From: Pseudodesulfovibrio mercurii | GTDB lineage: Bacteria; Desulfobacterota; Desulfovibrionia; Desulfovibrionales; Desulfovibrionaceae | Direction of reading: 5' to 3' | Assembly (NCBI RefSeq): GCF_000189295.2 | Contig: NC_016803.1 | Location: 2,940,001 to 2,972,000, forward strand | DNA: 32,000 nucleotides | Shown here: positions 17,822 through 25,244 of the stretch, piece after piece | How the letters are laid out: every line of letters starts with the position of its first letter | Numbering within the stretch: the first letter of the stretch is position 1 | Translations under genes and position numbers: made by a program | The notes under the pieces: model-generated | Database searches by the model: none | Told to the model about the DNA's origin: nothing | The model's input: only the letters and a program-made list of their open reading frames with translations

Positions 17822-17942
17822 GGCTTGCGATAGCGGGCCATCTGCGAATTTCCCGAGGGGCGATTTGATCCTCACGTACTTGGGGTACGCTGCGGTCAAA
17901 TCGCCCCTCGGAAAATCCACATCTGACCCACTCTCCCAAGCC
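17822..17942 (+). repeat. type I structured intergenic repeat, copy A (nested hairpins)
   Basis: Shares conserved flanks and loops with 24836-24954. Closing helix GGCTTG/CAAGCC. 16-bp perfect stem 17853-17868 with 17896-17911. Apical stem CGTAC/GTACG (17875-17889). Confidence 0.8.
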
Positions 17943-17952
17943 TCGGTGTGTC

Positions 17953-17993
17953 GAGAGCCGCTGTTTGGGGGCTGCGCCCCCAAAGGCGCTCCA
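17953..17993 (+). repeat. type II hairpin module (GAGAGCCGC...stem-CTGCG-stem...CGCTCCA)
   Basis: GAGAGCCGCTGTTTGGGGGCTGCGCCCCCAAAGGCGCTCCA. Same architecture as 24973-25011 and, in inverse orientation, 31047-31084 and 31105-31138. Confidence 0.75.
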
Positions 17994-18026
17994 AGGGGGG
18001 CGATAGTATTTGTAGGGAAAGGGCTG

Positions 18027-18047
18027 CCTGGGTGCTGCGCACCCAGG
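18027..18047 (+). repeat. type II-like hairpin, second tandem unit
   Basis: CCTGGGTG-CTGCG-CACCCAGG. It is followed by GGGGGCGATGG, just as the first unit is followed by GGGGGGCGATAG. Confidence 0.55.
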
Positions 18048-18102
18048 GGGCGATGGGGAGGATGGTAGAGGGAGGAGACCGGGGGAATCCCGGCGACCAG
18101 AA

Positions 18103-18636
18103 CTATAGGCCGGACGTGAGGGTTGTTTTTTGGATCGCGTCATAGGCGGTAAAGCAGCCCCAGGCGAAGAGGCCGTATGAGGTGATCATGAAAGCCATCC
18201 CTATGAGCTGAAGAAGACATCCCGCCGCTTTACGGAATGTCGATTTTTTGGTGAGGCATTCTTCGACGCTGTTCGAATAGTTCCAGCGATACTTGAGATC
18301 GAACGCGTAGCAAATCTGGCTCAAATAGCTGAACACCCACGTGACGGACGCAAACAGCGCCCCGGCGACGAAGAATTGGAGTGCCGGCAATAATTCGTTA
18401 TTCCGCAGCTGGAAGTTCGAGGCTAGGAAGCCGAGCAGGGCGACGGCGGCACCGCCGTTCAGCAGCGTCGCACCTCGGATTGCACCCGAGGCAAAACCGA
18501 TAATCGATTGGATTAAAATTTGAAAATGTCCGAGGGCATGTTCGACATGATAGTAAATTATTTCCGAAGTTGTCGGTTCACGGTCTCGCATAAGTCGTCC
18601 TGCCTGGAGGTTTTGGATGTAATGCGGGTATTTCAT
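18103..18636 (-). CDS. orphan hypothetical membrane protein (about 3 hydrophobic helices) in a low-GC island
   Basis: ORF track, 177 aa. Hydrophobic stretches: GATLLNGGAAVALLGFLASNF, LLPALQFFVAGALFASVTWVFSYL, CLLQLIGMAFMITSYGLFAWGCF. Hand-counted lines give 43-50% GC against 68% in the adjacent ydfG line. There is no SD at ATG 18636. An alternative ATG at 18591 has an AGGA-type SD. Confidence 0.6.
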   Translation of the reverse strand: MKYPHYIQNLQAGRLMRDREPTTSEIIYYHVEHALGHFQILIQSIIGFASGAIRGATLLNGGAAVALLGFLASNFQLRNNELLPALQFFVAGALFASVTWVFSYLSQICYAFDLKYRWNYSNSVEECLTKKSTFRKAAGCLLQLIGMAFMITSYGLFAWGCFTAYDAIQKTTLTSGL

Positions 18637-18687
18637 GAAAGCAATATATAATATAAATATAAATAAAGAAAGATAAATATTTTAAAA
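18637..18687 (-). promoter_or_regulatory. extremely AT-rich block directly upstream of the orphan gene (likely promoter; possibly a leaderless or short-leader mRNA)
   Basis: 5 G/C in 51 nt. The minus strand reads ...TTTATTTATATTTATATTATATATTGCTTTC-ATG, with TATATT ending 6 nt before the ATG. Confidence 0.35.
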
Positions 18688-18709
18688 CGCCAGTCGCCGA
18701 CATCGGCGT
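18687..18709 (-). terminator. possible terminator between ydfG and the orphan gene
   Basis: The minus strand reads ACGCCGATGTCGGCGACTGGCGT followed by TTTTAAAATATTT. It contains an inner CGCCGA/TCGGCG palindrome. Confidence 0.4.
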
Positions 18710-18780
18710 AACCATTCATTAGGTCGCCTCACTGAACAACCTGGAATATCGGGGAAATGGTAAGCGTCGAGCCCGAAGCA

Positions 18781-18815
18781 AGACGGGCCATCCCCTTGAA
18801 GGGAATGGCCCGTCT
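18781..18815 (-). terminator. long hairpin 23 nt downstream of the ydfG stop (no U-tract)
   Basis: AGACGGGCCAT/ATGGCCCGTCT 11-bp stem with an inner TCCC/GGGA pairing. Confidence 0.45.
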
Positions 18816-18837
18816 GCATTGGTCGTTGCCGGGGGCG

Positions 18838-19593
18838 CTATTTGTCGCGCGCGATGGCGAAGGGGGCGAAGGCCTGCTGCACGGGCATGACCTCCAGGGA
18901 GTTGATGTTCACGTGGGCGGGCAGGTTGGTGGTCCAGAAGACGCACTCGGCGATGTCGTCGGCGGTGATCGGCCGGGTGCCCTCGTAGACCTTGTCCGCG
19001 GCCGCCTTGTCGCCCTTGAAGCGGACCACCGAGAACTCGGTCTCGCACAGGCCGGGCTCGATGTTGGTCACGCGGACCCCGGTGCCGAGCAGGTCGGCGC
19101 GCAGGTTCTTGGAGAAGTGGTTCACGAACGCCTTGGTGCCGCCGTAGCAGTTGCCGCCGGGGTAGGGGTAGTTGCCCGCCACGGAGCCCAGGTTGACCAC
19201 GTGGCCCGCGTTGCGCTCGACCATGCCGGGCAGCACGGCGCGGGTCATGAAGGTCAGCCCCTTGATGTTCGTGTCGATCATGGTCTCCCAGTCGTCCAGG
19301 TCGCACGCCTGGGCGGGCTCCAGGCCCAGCGCCAGGCCCGCGTTGTTGACCAGCACGTCGATGGCCGCGAACTCGGCGGGCAGGTCCTCGATGGCCTTGG
19401 CGCACGCCTCGCGGTCGCGCACGTCGAAGTTCACGGTGTGCACCTTGGCCGGGGAAAGGGCGGCCTTGAGTTCCTCGAGGCGCTGGGCGCGGCGGCCGGT
19501 GATGACGAGATTCCAGCCCTCGGCCGCGAACCGGCGGGCCATGGCCTGGCCGAATCCGGCGGTGGCGCCGGTGATGAGTATGGTTTTTGCCAT
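18838..19593 (-). CDS. ydfG: NADP-dependent 3-hydroxy acid dehydrogenase, SDR family (YdfG-like)
   Basis: 251 aa from ATG 19593 (AAGGAG SD). Near full-length collinearity with E. coli YdfG as I recall it (TGATAGFG, VNNAGLALG, YGGTKAF, LPAHVNINSLEVMPV). The ORF-track start 19686 is rejected. Confidence 0.85.
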   Translation of the reverse strand: MAKTILITGATAGFGQAMARRFAAEGWNLVITGRRAQRLEELKAALSPAKVHTVNFDVRDREACAKAIEDLPAEFAAIDVLVNNAGLALGLEPAQACDLDDWETMIDTNIKGLTFMTRAVLPGMVERNAGHVVNLGSVAGNYPYPGGNCYGGTKAFVNHFSKNLRADLLGTGVRVTNIEPGLCETEFSVVRFKGDKAAADKVYEGTRPITADDIAECVFWTTNLPAHVNINSLEVMPVQQAFAPFAIARDK

Positions 19594-19856
19594 TGTCGAA
19601 CTCCTTTGAATGTCTGAACACGGGGGCGCCCTGCGGCGCGCCGCCATTTGAACCATGATTCTGGCACGAACGCGGTCGGAAGTCACGAATTCACAATAAA
19701 ACCCATTTTTGCCTGCGAAAACAAGGGGTCATCAAGAATAAAATTCATCACTTTTCCAAATTTGCCAAATTTTCCCCTGACGAACCATAAATCCGGCGAG
19801 TATTAGACTTTTTTTGCCAAATAAGGTAAGAAGTGGGGTCCAATCAAAAAAGGACC

Positions 19857-19880
19857 GTCATTTCAACCTATTGAAATGAC
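19857..19880. promoter_or_regulatory. perfect 10-bp inverted repeat, candidate operator upstream of the liv operon
   Basis: GTCATTTCAA-CCTA-TTGAAATGAC, 60 nt upstream of the livG ATG in an AT-rich leader. Two TTTGCCAAAT direct repeats lie at 19761-19770 and 19813-19822. Confidence 0.4.
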
Positions 19881-19899
19881 AAAAGGGGCGTCTCCCCCC

Positions 19900-19928
19900 T
19901 TGTCCTGGAAGACGATTTCTACTATTTA
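19900..19928 (+). promoter_or_regulatory. possible sigma70-type promoter of the liv operon
   Basis: TTGTCC, a 17-nt spacer, then TATTTA. It would give a very short leader before ATG 19940, so it is uncertain. Confidence 0.25.
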
Positions 19929-19939
19929 ATTAGGTAAAT

Positions 19940-20695
19940 ATGGCAAATCTCACTCTTGACGACATCTGTGTCCGTTTCGGCGGATTACAGGCCTTGACCG
20001 ATGTGGCCTTTTCCGTGTCCGAGGGCGAGGTCGTGGGTCTGATCGGTCCCAACGGGGCGGGCAAGACCACGGTCTTCAACGTCATCACCGGCGTGTACAA
20101 GGCCTCCAGCGGCTCGGTCTCCTACGACGGCACGAGGATCACGGGACTGCGGCCCTACCAGGTGCTGTCCATGGGCATCGCCCGAACCTTCCAGAACATC
20201 CGCCTGTTCCAGAACATGACCGCGCTGGAGAACTGCATGGTCGCCCAGCACAGCCGCTCCAAGTCCGGCGTGGTCGGCGCGATCCTGCGCAGCCCGGGCC
20301 AGCGGCGCGAGGAGGAGCGGATCGTCGAGAGGTCGCAGAAGGCGCTCGATTTCATGGGCTTGGGCCGCCGGGCCGACGAGGTGGCCTGCAACCTGCCCTA
20401 CGGCCACCAGCGCAGGCTCGAGATCGCCCGCGCCCTGGCCTCGGAGCCACACACCATCCTCCTGGACGAGCCCGCCGCCGGGCTGAACCCGGCCGAGTCC
20501 AAGGAACTCATGGAGTCCATCGGCCGGATCACCGGCCTGGGCATCAACGTGCTCATGGTGGAACACGACATGAAGGTCGTCATGGGCATCTGCAACCGCA
20601 TCGTCGTACTCGACCACGGTGTGATGATCGCCGAGGGGCGGCCTGAGGAGATTCAGCGCAACCCCGACGTGATCGAGGCATATTTGGGCCAGTAA
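19940..20695 (+). CDS. livG: branched-chain amino acid ABC transporter ATP-binding protein LivG
   Basis: 251 aa with Walker A GPNGAGKTT and Walker B ILLDEPAAGLNP. The C-terminal NPDVIEAYLG is typical of LivG. Confidence 0.9.
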   Translation: MANLTLDDICVRFGGLQALTDVAFSVSEGEVVGLIGPNGAGKTTVFNVITGVYKASSGSVSYDGTRITGLRPYQVLSMGIARTFQNIRLFQNMTALENCMVAQHSRSKSGVVGAILRSPGQRREEERIVERSQKALDFMGLGRRADEVACNLPYGHQRRLEIARALASEPHTILLDEPAAGLNPAESKELMESIGRITGLGINVLMVEHDMKVVMGICNRIVVLDHGVMIAEGRPEEIQRNPDVIEAYLGQ

Positions 20696-20736
20696 AAGAG
20701 AGGCTGGCTGAACCGCAACGAATGGAGAGAGTGTTT

Positions 20737-21891
20737 ATGAAACGTTTACTGGTACTCGCAGTGGCTCTGCTCGCTCTGGGCCTGCTCCTCGCGGGCTGCG
20801 GAGGCGGCGAAGAGAAAAAGGCCGAACAGGTCCTCAAGATCGGCACCATGTCCCCCCTGACCGGCCCCTACGCCGCCGACGGCACCGACATCCGCCAGGG
20901 CGCGGAGATCGCCGTGGAGGTCTTCACCGAGGCCGGCGGCATCCCCGGATTTTCCAAGATCGAAGTCTTCCCCGAAGACACCGCCTGCGACCCGAAGCAG
21001 GCCGTTGCCGCAGCCAACAAGCTGATCAACGAGAAGGTCACCGCCGTGGTCGGCGCGTACTGCTCCAGTTCGACCATCCCGGCCTCCGAGACCCTGGCCG
21101 AGGAAAACATCATCATGCTGACCCCGGCATCCACCAATCCCAAGGTCACCGAGCGCGGCCTGAAGTACATGTTCCGCACCTGCGGGCGTGACGACCACCA
21201 GGCCCCGGCCGCCGTCAAGTTCATGCAGAGCGTCGAAGGCGTGAAGACCGTCTTCATCGTCGACGACAAGACCACCTACTCCCAGGGCCTGGCCGAGGGC
21301 GTGGCCGCCGCCGCCGAGGCCGCGGGCATCAAGGTCCTCGAACACGACCACGTCAACCAGGGCGACAAGGACTATTCCGCCGTGCTGACCAAGGTCAAGG
21401 CCGCCAACCCCGACCTGTTCTACATCTCCCTGCAGAACTCCGCCACGGGCGCGCTCATGGTCCTCCAGGCCAAGCGCATGGGCATCAACGCCATCCTCAT
21501 GGGCCAGGACGCCGTCTACCATCCGAAACTCATCGAGATCGCCAAGGGCGACGCCGAGGGCATGTACTGCACCTTCGGCGCCATCGACAAGAACGCGCCC
21601 AAGTTCAAGGAGTTCCTGGCCAAGTACAAGGCCAAGACCGGCAACGAGCCCGGCGCGTACTCCGCCTACGCCTTCGACTCCGCCACCGCGTACCTGATGG
21701 CCGTCAAGGCCGCGGGCACCACCGATCCCGCCAAGGTCCGCGACGAGCTGCTCAAGCTCGACTTCACCGGCGCGTCCAAGCAGATCAACTACCAGGAGAA
21801 CGGCGACTCCGGCTCCAACTACACCGTGTACAAGGTCCAGGACGGCCAGTTCGTGCCCTACTGGAACTCCCTGACCGGCGAGAAGTACTAG
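20737..21891 (+). CDS. branched-chain amino acid ABC transporter substrate-binding lipoprotein (LivJ/LivK family)
   Basis: ATG 20737 sits 5 nt after a GGAGAGAG SD. Signal peptide with lipobox (LLLAGC). Type I periplasmic binding fold pattern (KIGTMSPLTGPYAADG...VGAYCSS). Confidence 0.9.
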   Translation: MKRLLVLAVALLALGLLLAGCGGGEEKKAEQVLKIGTMSPLTGPYAADGTDIRQGAEIAVEVFTEAGGIPGFSKIEVFPEDTACDPKQAVAAANKLINEKVTAVVGAYCSSSTIPASETLAEENIIMLTPASTNPKVTERGLKYMFRTCGRDDHQAPAAVKFMQSVEGVKTVFIVDDKTTYSQGLAEGVAAAAEAAGIKVLEHDHVNQGDKDYSAVLTKVKAANPDLFYISLQNSATGALMVLQAKRMGINAILMGQDAVYHPKLIEIAKGDAEGMYCTFGAIDKNAPKFKEFLAKYKAKTGNEPGAYSAYAFDSATAYLMAVKAAGTTDPAKVRDELLKLDFTGASKQINYQENGDSGSNYTVYKVQDGQFVPYWNSLTGEKY

Positions 21892-21911
21892 GCCTCAACC
21901 CGTCTAACCAA

Positions 21912-21939
21912 CCGGGGCCCCGTTGCGGCGGGGTCCCGG
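21912..21939 (+). other. intercistronic hairpin after the binding-protein gene
   Basis: CCGGGGCCCCG-TTGCGG-CGGGGTCCCGG forms 11 bp including one G-U pair. It lies between the SBP stop (21891) and the livH start (21953). Confidence 0.5.
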
Positions 21940-21952
21940 ACACTGGAACAAC

Positions 21953-22855
21953 ATGGACTTTTTTCTGCAACAGCTGATCAACGGCATCACGCTCGGCGGC
22001 GTCTACGCCCTCATCGCCCTGGGCTACACCATGGTGTACGGCATCATCCAGCTCATCAACTTCGCCCACGGCGAGTTCTTCGCCGCGGGCGGGTACATGG
22101 GCGTGATCCTGATCTCCTATCTTTCCTCGCAGGGGCTGCATCCCTACGCCTGCCTGGCCATCTCCCTGGTCCTGGCCATGGGCTACTGCGCCCTGCTGGC
22201 CATGGCCGTGGAACAGCTGGCCTACAAGCCGCTCAGGCAGGCCTCGCGCCTGGCCGCGCTGCTGTCCGCGCTGGGCATGTCCATCTTCCTGCAGAACGGC
22301 CTGATGCTCACCCAGGGCGTCTACGACCGGCCCTATCCCACGGAGATCACCTCCGGCGGCTTCGAGGTGGGCGCGCTGTCCATCTCCTACATGCAGATCC
22401 TCATCGTGGTCGTGACCGCGCTGCTCCTGGTGGGCCTGAACATCCTGGTCTTCAAGACGCGCATCGGCCGGGCCATGCGGGCCACGGCCCAGGACAAGGT
22501 CATGTCCGCCCTGGTCGGCATCAACTCCAACCGGATCATCGCCCTGACCTTCGCCGTGGGCGCCGGACTGGCCGCCGCCGCCGGCATCATGGTCGGGCTG
22601 TACTACGGCTCGGTCAACTACACCATGGGCTTCGTGCCCGGCATCAAGGCCTTTGCCGCGGCCGTGCTCGGCGGCATCGGGAACATCACCGGCGCGCTCA
22701 TCGGCGGGCTGATCATCGGCATGGTCGAAATCTTCGCCGCCGGATACATCTCCGGCGAGTACAAGGACGTGTTCGCCTTCATCATCCTGATCGGCGTGCT
22801 GTACTTCAAACCCACCGGCATCATGGGAGAGAACGTTGACGATACGCGAGTCTAA
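21953..22855 (+). CDS. livH: branched-chain amino acid ABC transporter permease LivH
   Basis: ATG 21953. MDFFLQQLINGITLGGVYALIALGYTMVYG is the typical LivH N-terminus. The ORF-track TTG 21923 extension is rejected. Confidence 0.9.
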   Translation: MDFFLQQLINGITLGGVYALIALGYTMVYGIIQLINFAHGEFFAAGGYMGVILISYLSSQGLHPYACLAISLVLAMGYCALLAMAVEQLAYKPLRQASRLAALLSALGMSIFLQNGLMLTQGVYDRPYPTEITSGGFEVGALSISYMQILIVVVTALLLVGLNILVFKTRIGRAMRATAQDKVMSALVGINSNRIIALTFAVGAGLAAAAGIMVGLYYGSVNYTMGFVPGIKAFAAAVLGGIGNITGALIGGLIIGMVEIFAAGYISGEYKDVFAFIILIGVLYFKPTGIMGENVDDTRV

Positions 22856-24026
22856 ACGACTGTGGATGGCCTGCGGCGTCGGGCTGCTCTGGTTCCTCCT
22901 GCTCCTGTGGCCCATGCTCGGCATCAAGCCGGACGGGCTGGAGTTCGCCACGACCTTCAAGGTCTTCGGCTATGTGGCCGTGGCCGCGGTCTTCATCATG
23001 TTCTTCTACCAGGTCAAGGAGGCGGGCTACCTCGACTCCGTGGGCAAGCCCGTCAAGGGCGCGGCCGGAGCCCTCGCCGCGGCCTATGAAAAGGCCCCCA
23101 CCTGGCTGCTCCTGGGCATCGTCATGGCCGGGGCCATCGTCTATCCCCTGGTCACCGAGCGCTATGCCCACGACGTGGCCATCAGCGTGCTCATCTACGT
23201 CTGCCTGGGCCTGGGCCTGAACGTGGTGGTCGGCCTGGCCGGGCTCCTCGATCTCGGCTACATCGCCTTCTACGGCGTGGGCGCCTACACCTACGCCATC
23301 CTGAGCATCAACTACGGCCTGTCCTTCTGGCTCTGCCTGCCCATCGCCGCGTTCATCGCGGCCATCGCGGGCTGCATCATCGGCTACCCGACCCTGCGCA
23401 TGCGCGGCGACTACCTGGCCATCGTCACCCTCGGCTTCGGCGAGATCGTCCGGCTCGTCCTGAACAACTGGATGTCCCTGACCAACGGCCCCAACGGCAT
23501 CCTGTCCATCCCCCGGCCCGAGCTCTTCGGCTACGAGTTCCGTTCCCTGTCGAGCATGTATTACGTCATCCTCGGCCTGGCCGTGGTGACCATCCTGGCG
23601 GTCTACCGGCTCAACTATTCGCGCGTGGGACGCGCCTGGGAGGCCATCCGCGAGGACGAGACCGCCGCCGAGCTCATGGGCGTGAACACCTTCCTGCTCA
23701 AGCTCCTGGCCTACGCCATGGGCGCGACCTTCGCCGGGTTCGCCGGGGCCTTCTTCGCCGCGCGCATGAAGTTCGTCGGGCCCGAATCCTTCACCTTTCT
23801 GGAATCCGCCATGGTCCTGGCCATGGTCATCCTCGGCGGCATGGGCTCCATCCCCGGCGTCATCCTCGGCGTGCTCGCCCTGGTGGCCCTGCCCGAGGTC
23901 TTCCGCGAATTCGAACTCTACCGCATGCTCGTGTTCGGCGGCGCCATGACCCTGATGATGCTCATCCGCCCGGCGGGCATCTGGCCCGCCAAGCGCGTCG
24001 GTCGCCGGTCCGAGGAGGCGGAGTAA
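22836..24026 (+). CDS. livM: branched-chain amino acid ABC transporter permease LivM
   Basis: TTG 22836 with a GGGAGAG SD, overlapping livH by 20 nt. An alternative ATG lies at 22866. LivM-type core GLNVVVGLAGLLDLGYIAFYGVGAY. Confidence 0.88.
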   Translation: MTIRESKRLWMACGVGLLWFLLLLWPMLGIKPDGLEFATTFKVFGYVAVAAVFIMFFYQVKEAGYLDSVGKPVKGAAGALAAAYEKAPTWLLLGIVMAGAIVYPLVTERYAHDVAISVLIYVCLGLGLNVVVGLAGLLDLGYIAFYGVGAYTYAILSINYGLSFWLCLPIAAFIAAIAGCIIGYPTLRMRGDYLAIVTLGFGEIVRLVLNNWMSLTNGPNGILSIPRPELFGYEFRSLSSMYYVILGLAVVTILAVYRLNYSRVGRAWEAIREDETAAELMGVNTFLLKLLAYAMGATFAGFAGAFFAARMKFVGPESFTFLESAMVLAMVILGGMGSIPGVILGVLALVALPEVFREFELYRMLVFGGAMTLMMLIRPAGIWPAKRVGRRSEEAE

Positions 24027-24029
24027 CCC

Positions 24030-24752
24030 ATGACAGATACAACGCCCATTCTCGAACTGAACAACGTGGTCTCGGCCTACGGCCGCATCCAGGCCCTCAA
24101 GGGCATCTCGCTCAAGGTCTATGAGGGCGAGGTGGTCTCCATCATCGGGGCCAACGGCGCGGGCAAGTCCACCACGCTGATGACCATCTGCAACATCGTC
24201 AGGGCCGTGTCCGGCGACATTCTGTATCGCGGCGAGCGTATCAACGCCGTGCATTCGGACATCCTGCCGACCATGGGGCTGTGCCAGGTGCCCGAGGGGC
24301 GGCGCATCTTCCCGCGCCTGACCGTACTCGAAAACCTGGACATGGGCGCGTTCTTCCGACGAGACGCCGCTGGGGTCAAGGACGACGTGAACCGCGTCTT
24401 CGACCTGTTTCCCAAGCTGCGCGAACGGCGCAAGCAGCTCGGCGGCACCCTGTCCGGCGGCGAACAGCAGATGCTGGCCATGGCCCGCGCGCTCATGAGC
24501 CGCCCCAAGGTCCTGCTCCTGGACGAGCCGTCCATGGGTCTGGCCCCGCTCCTGGTCAAGCAGATCTTCGACATCATCAAGATGATCAACGAGCAGGGCG
24601 TCACCGTGGTCCTGGTCGAGCAGAACGCCAACCTCGCCCTCCAGGCCGCCTCCCGGGGCTATGTCCTTGAGACGGGCAAGGTCGTCATGGAAGACGAAGC
24701 TGGGGCGTTGCTGGCGAATCCGGATATACGCAAAGCGTACTTGGGCGAATAG
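24030..24752 (+). CDS. livF: branched-chain amino acid ABC transporter ATP-binding protein LivF
   Basis: 240 aa with GANGAGKST, LSGGEQQMLAMARAL and LLLDEPSMGLAP. The C-terminal KAYLGE is typical of LivF. Confidence 0.9.
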   Translation: MTDTTPILELNNVVSAYGRIQALKGISLKVYEGEVVSIIGANGAGKSTTLMTICNIVRAVSGDILYRGERINAVHSDILPTMGLCQVPEGRRIFPRLTVLENLDMGAFFRRDAAGVKDDVNRVFDLFPKLRERRKQLGGTLSGGEQQMLAMARALMSRPKVLLLDEPSMGLAPLLVKQIFDIIKMINEQGVTVVLVEQNANLALQAASRGYVLETGKVVMEDEAGALLANPDIRKAYLGE

Positions 24753-24778
24753 CCGCCATAGTTATAGAGATTGGAGGT

Positions 24779-24810
24779 CCCCCGGAAGCCGTGCGCTTCC
24801 GGGGGGCTTT
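24779..24810 (+). terminator. terminator-like hairpin after livF
   Basis: CCCCCGGAAGC/GCTTCCGGGGG 11-bp stem followed by GCTTTG, a short U-tract. Confidence 0.55.
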
Positions 24811-24835
24811 GCGTATGTCCGGCTTTGCGGGAGGC

Positions 24836-24954
24836 GGCTTCCGATAGCGGGCCATCTGCACATTTTTTCCGGCCGCGACAATCCTCACGTAGACGGCTAC
24901 GCTGCGGTTGTCGCGGCCGGAAGAAAATGCACAGCTGACCCACTCTCGAAAGCC
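24836..24954 (+). repeat. type I structured intergenic repeat, copy B
   Basis: Conserved CGATAGCGGGCCATCTGC, ATCCTCACGTA, TACGCTGCGG and CTGACCCACTCTC as in copy A. It has a different perfect 15-bp stem (24867-24881 with 24908-24922) and apical stem CGTAG/CTACG. Confidence 0.8.
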
Positions 24955-24972
24955 TATTCCGAGCGCGGGGGA

Positions 24973-25011
24973 GAGAGCCGCTGTCGGGTGCTGCGCACCC
25001 GAATCGCTCCA
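24973..25011 (+). repeat. type II hairpin module
   Basis: GAGAGCCGCTGTCGGGTGCTGCGCACCCGAATCGCTCCA. Confidence 0.75.
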
Positions 25012-25077
25012 TGAAGAGTGAAGACCAAAGGCCGTTGACCCGGTGGAGGGTTGAAGGCCGTTTTGTTTGGGCTCGCA

Positions 25078-25150
25078 CCCCGCGAAGCGGCGAAAAAAGT
25101 TTTGGAGAGTCCAGAGAACCTTTTTCAAAAGGTTCTCTGGCGGGGTCCGG
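25078..25150 (+). repeat. type III module (CCCCGCGAAGCG..AAAAAGTTT.GGAG plus a long palindrome)
   Basis: CCCCGCGAAGCGGCGAAAAAAGTTTTGGAGAGT, then a 14-bp hairpin CCAGAGAACCTTTT/AAAAGGTTCTCTGG (25111-25140), then GGGGTCCGGGG. Related in inverse orientation to 26499-26608. Confidence 0.7.
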
Positions 25151-25244
25151 GGCAGCGCTCCGGCCGCCGGAGGCATGCCTTGAAAAAGAGGGCGGCCCGG
25201 TCCACGGGAGTGGGCCGGGCCGGGCGAAATGGGGGTTTTGTTTG

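Noticed and set aside
17822-17942. Type I element considered as a retron msr/msd, an integron attC site or a MITE.
   Set aside because: There is no reverse transcriptase or integron integrase gene nearby. I saw no RYYYAAC/GTTRRRY core sites, no terminal inverted repeats at the element ends and no target-site duplication. It is kept as an unclassified structured repeat.
17953-17993. GAGCCG...GCTC hairpin considered as group II intron domain V (AGC triad).
   Set aside because: Its length and bulge position do not fit domain V. There are no other intron domains and no IEP/reverse transcriptase ORF. The motif recurs as a short repeat in several spacers.
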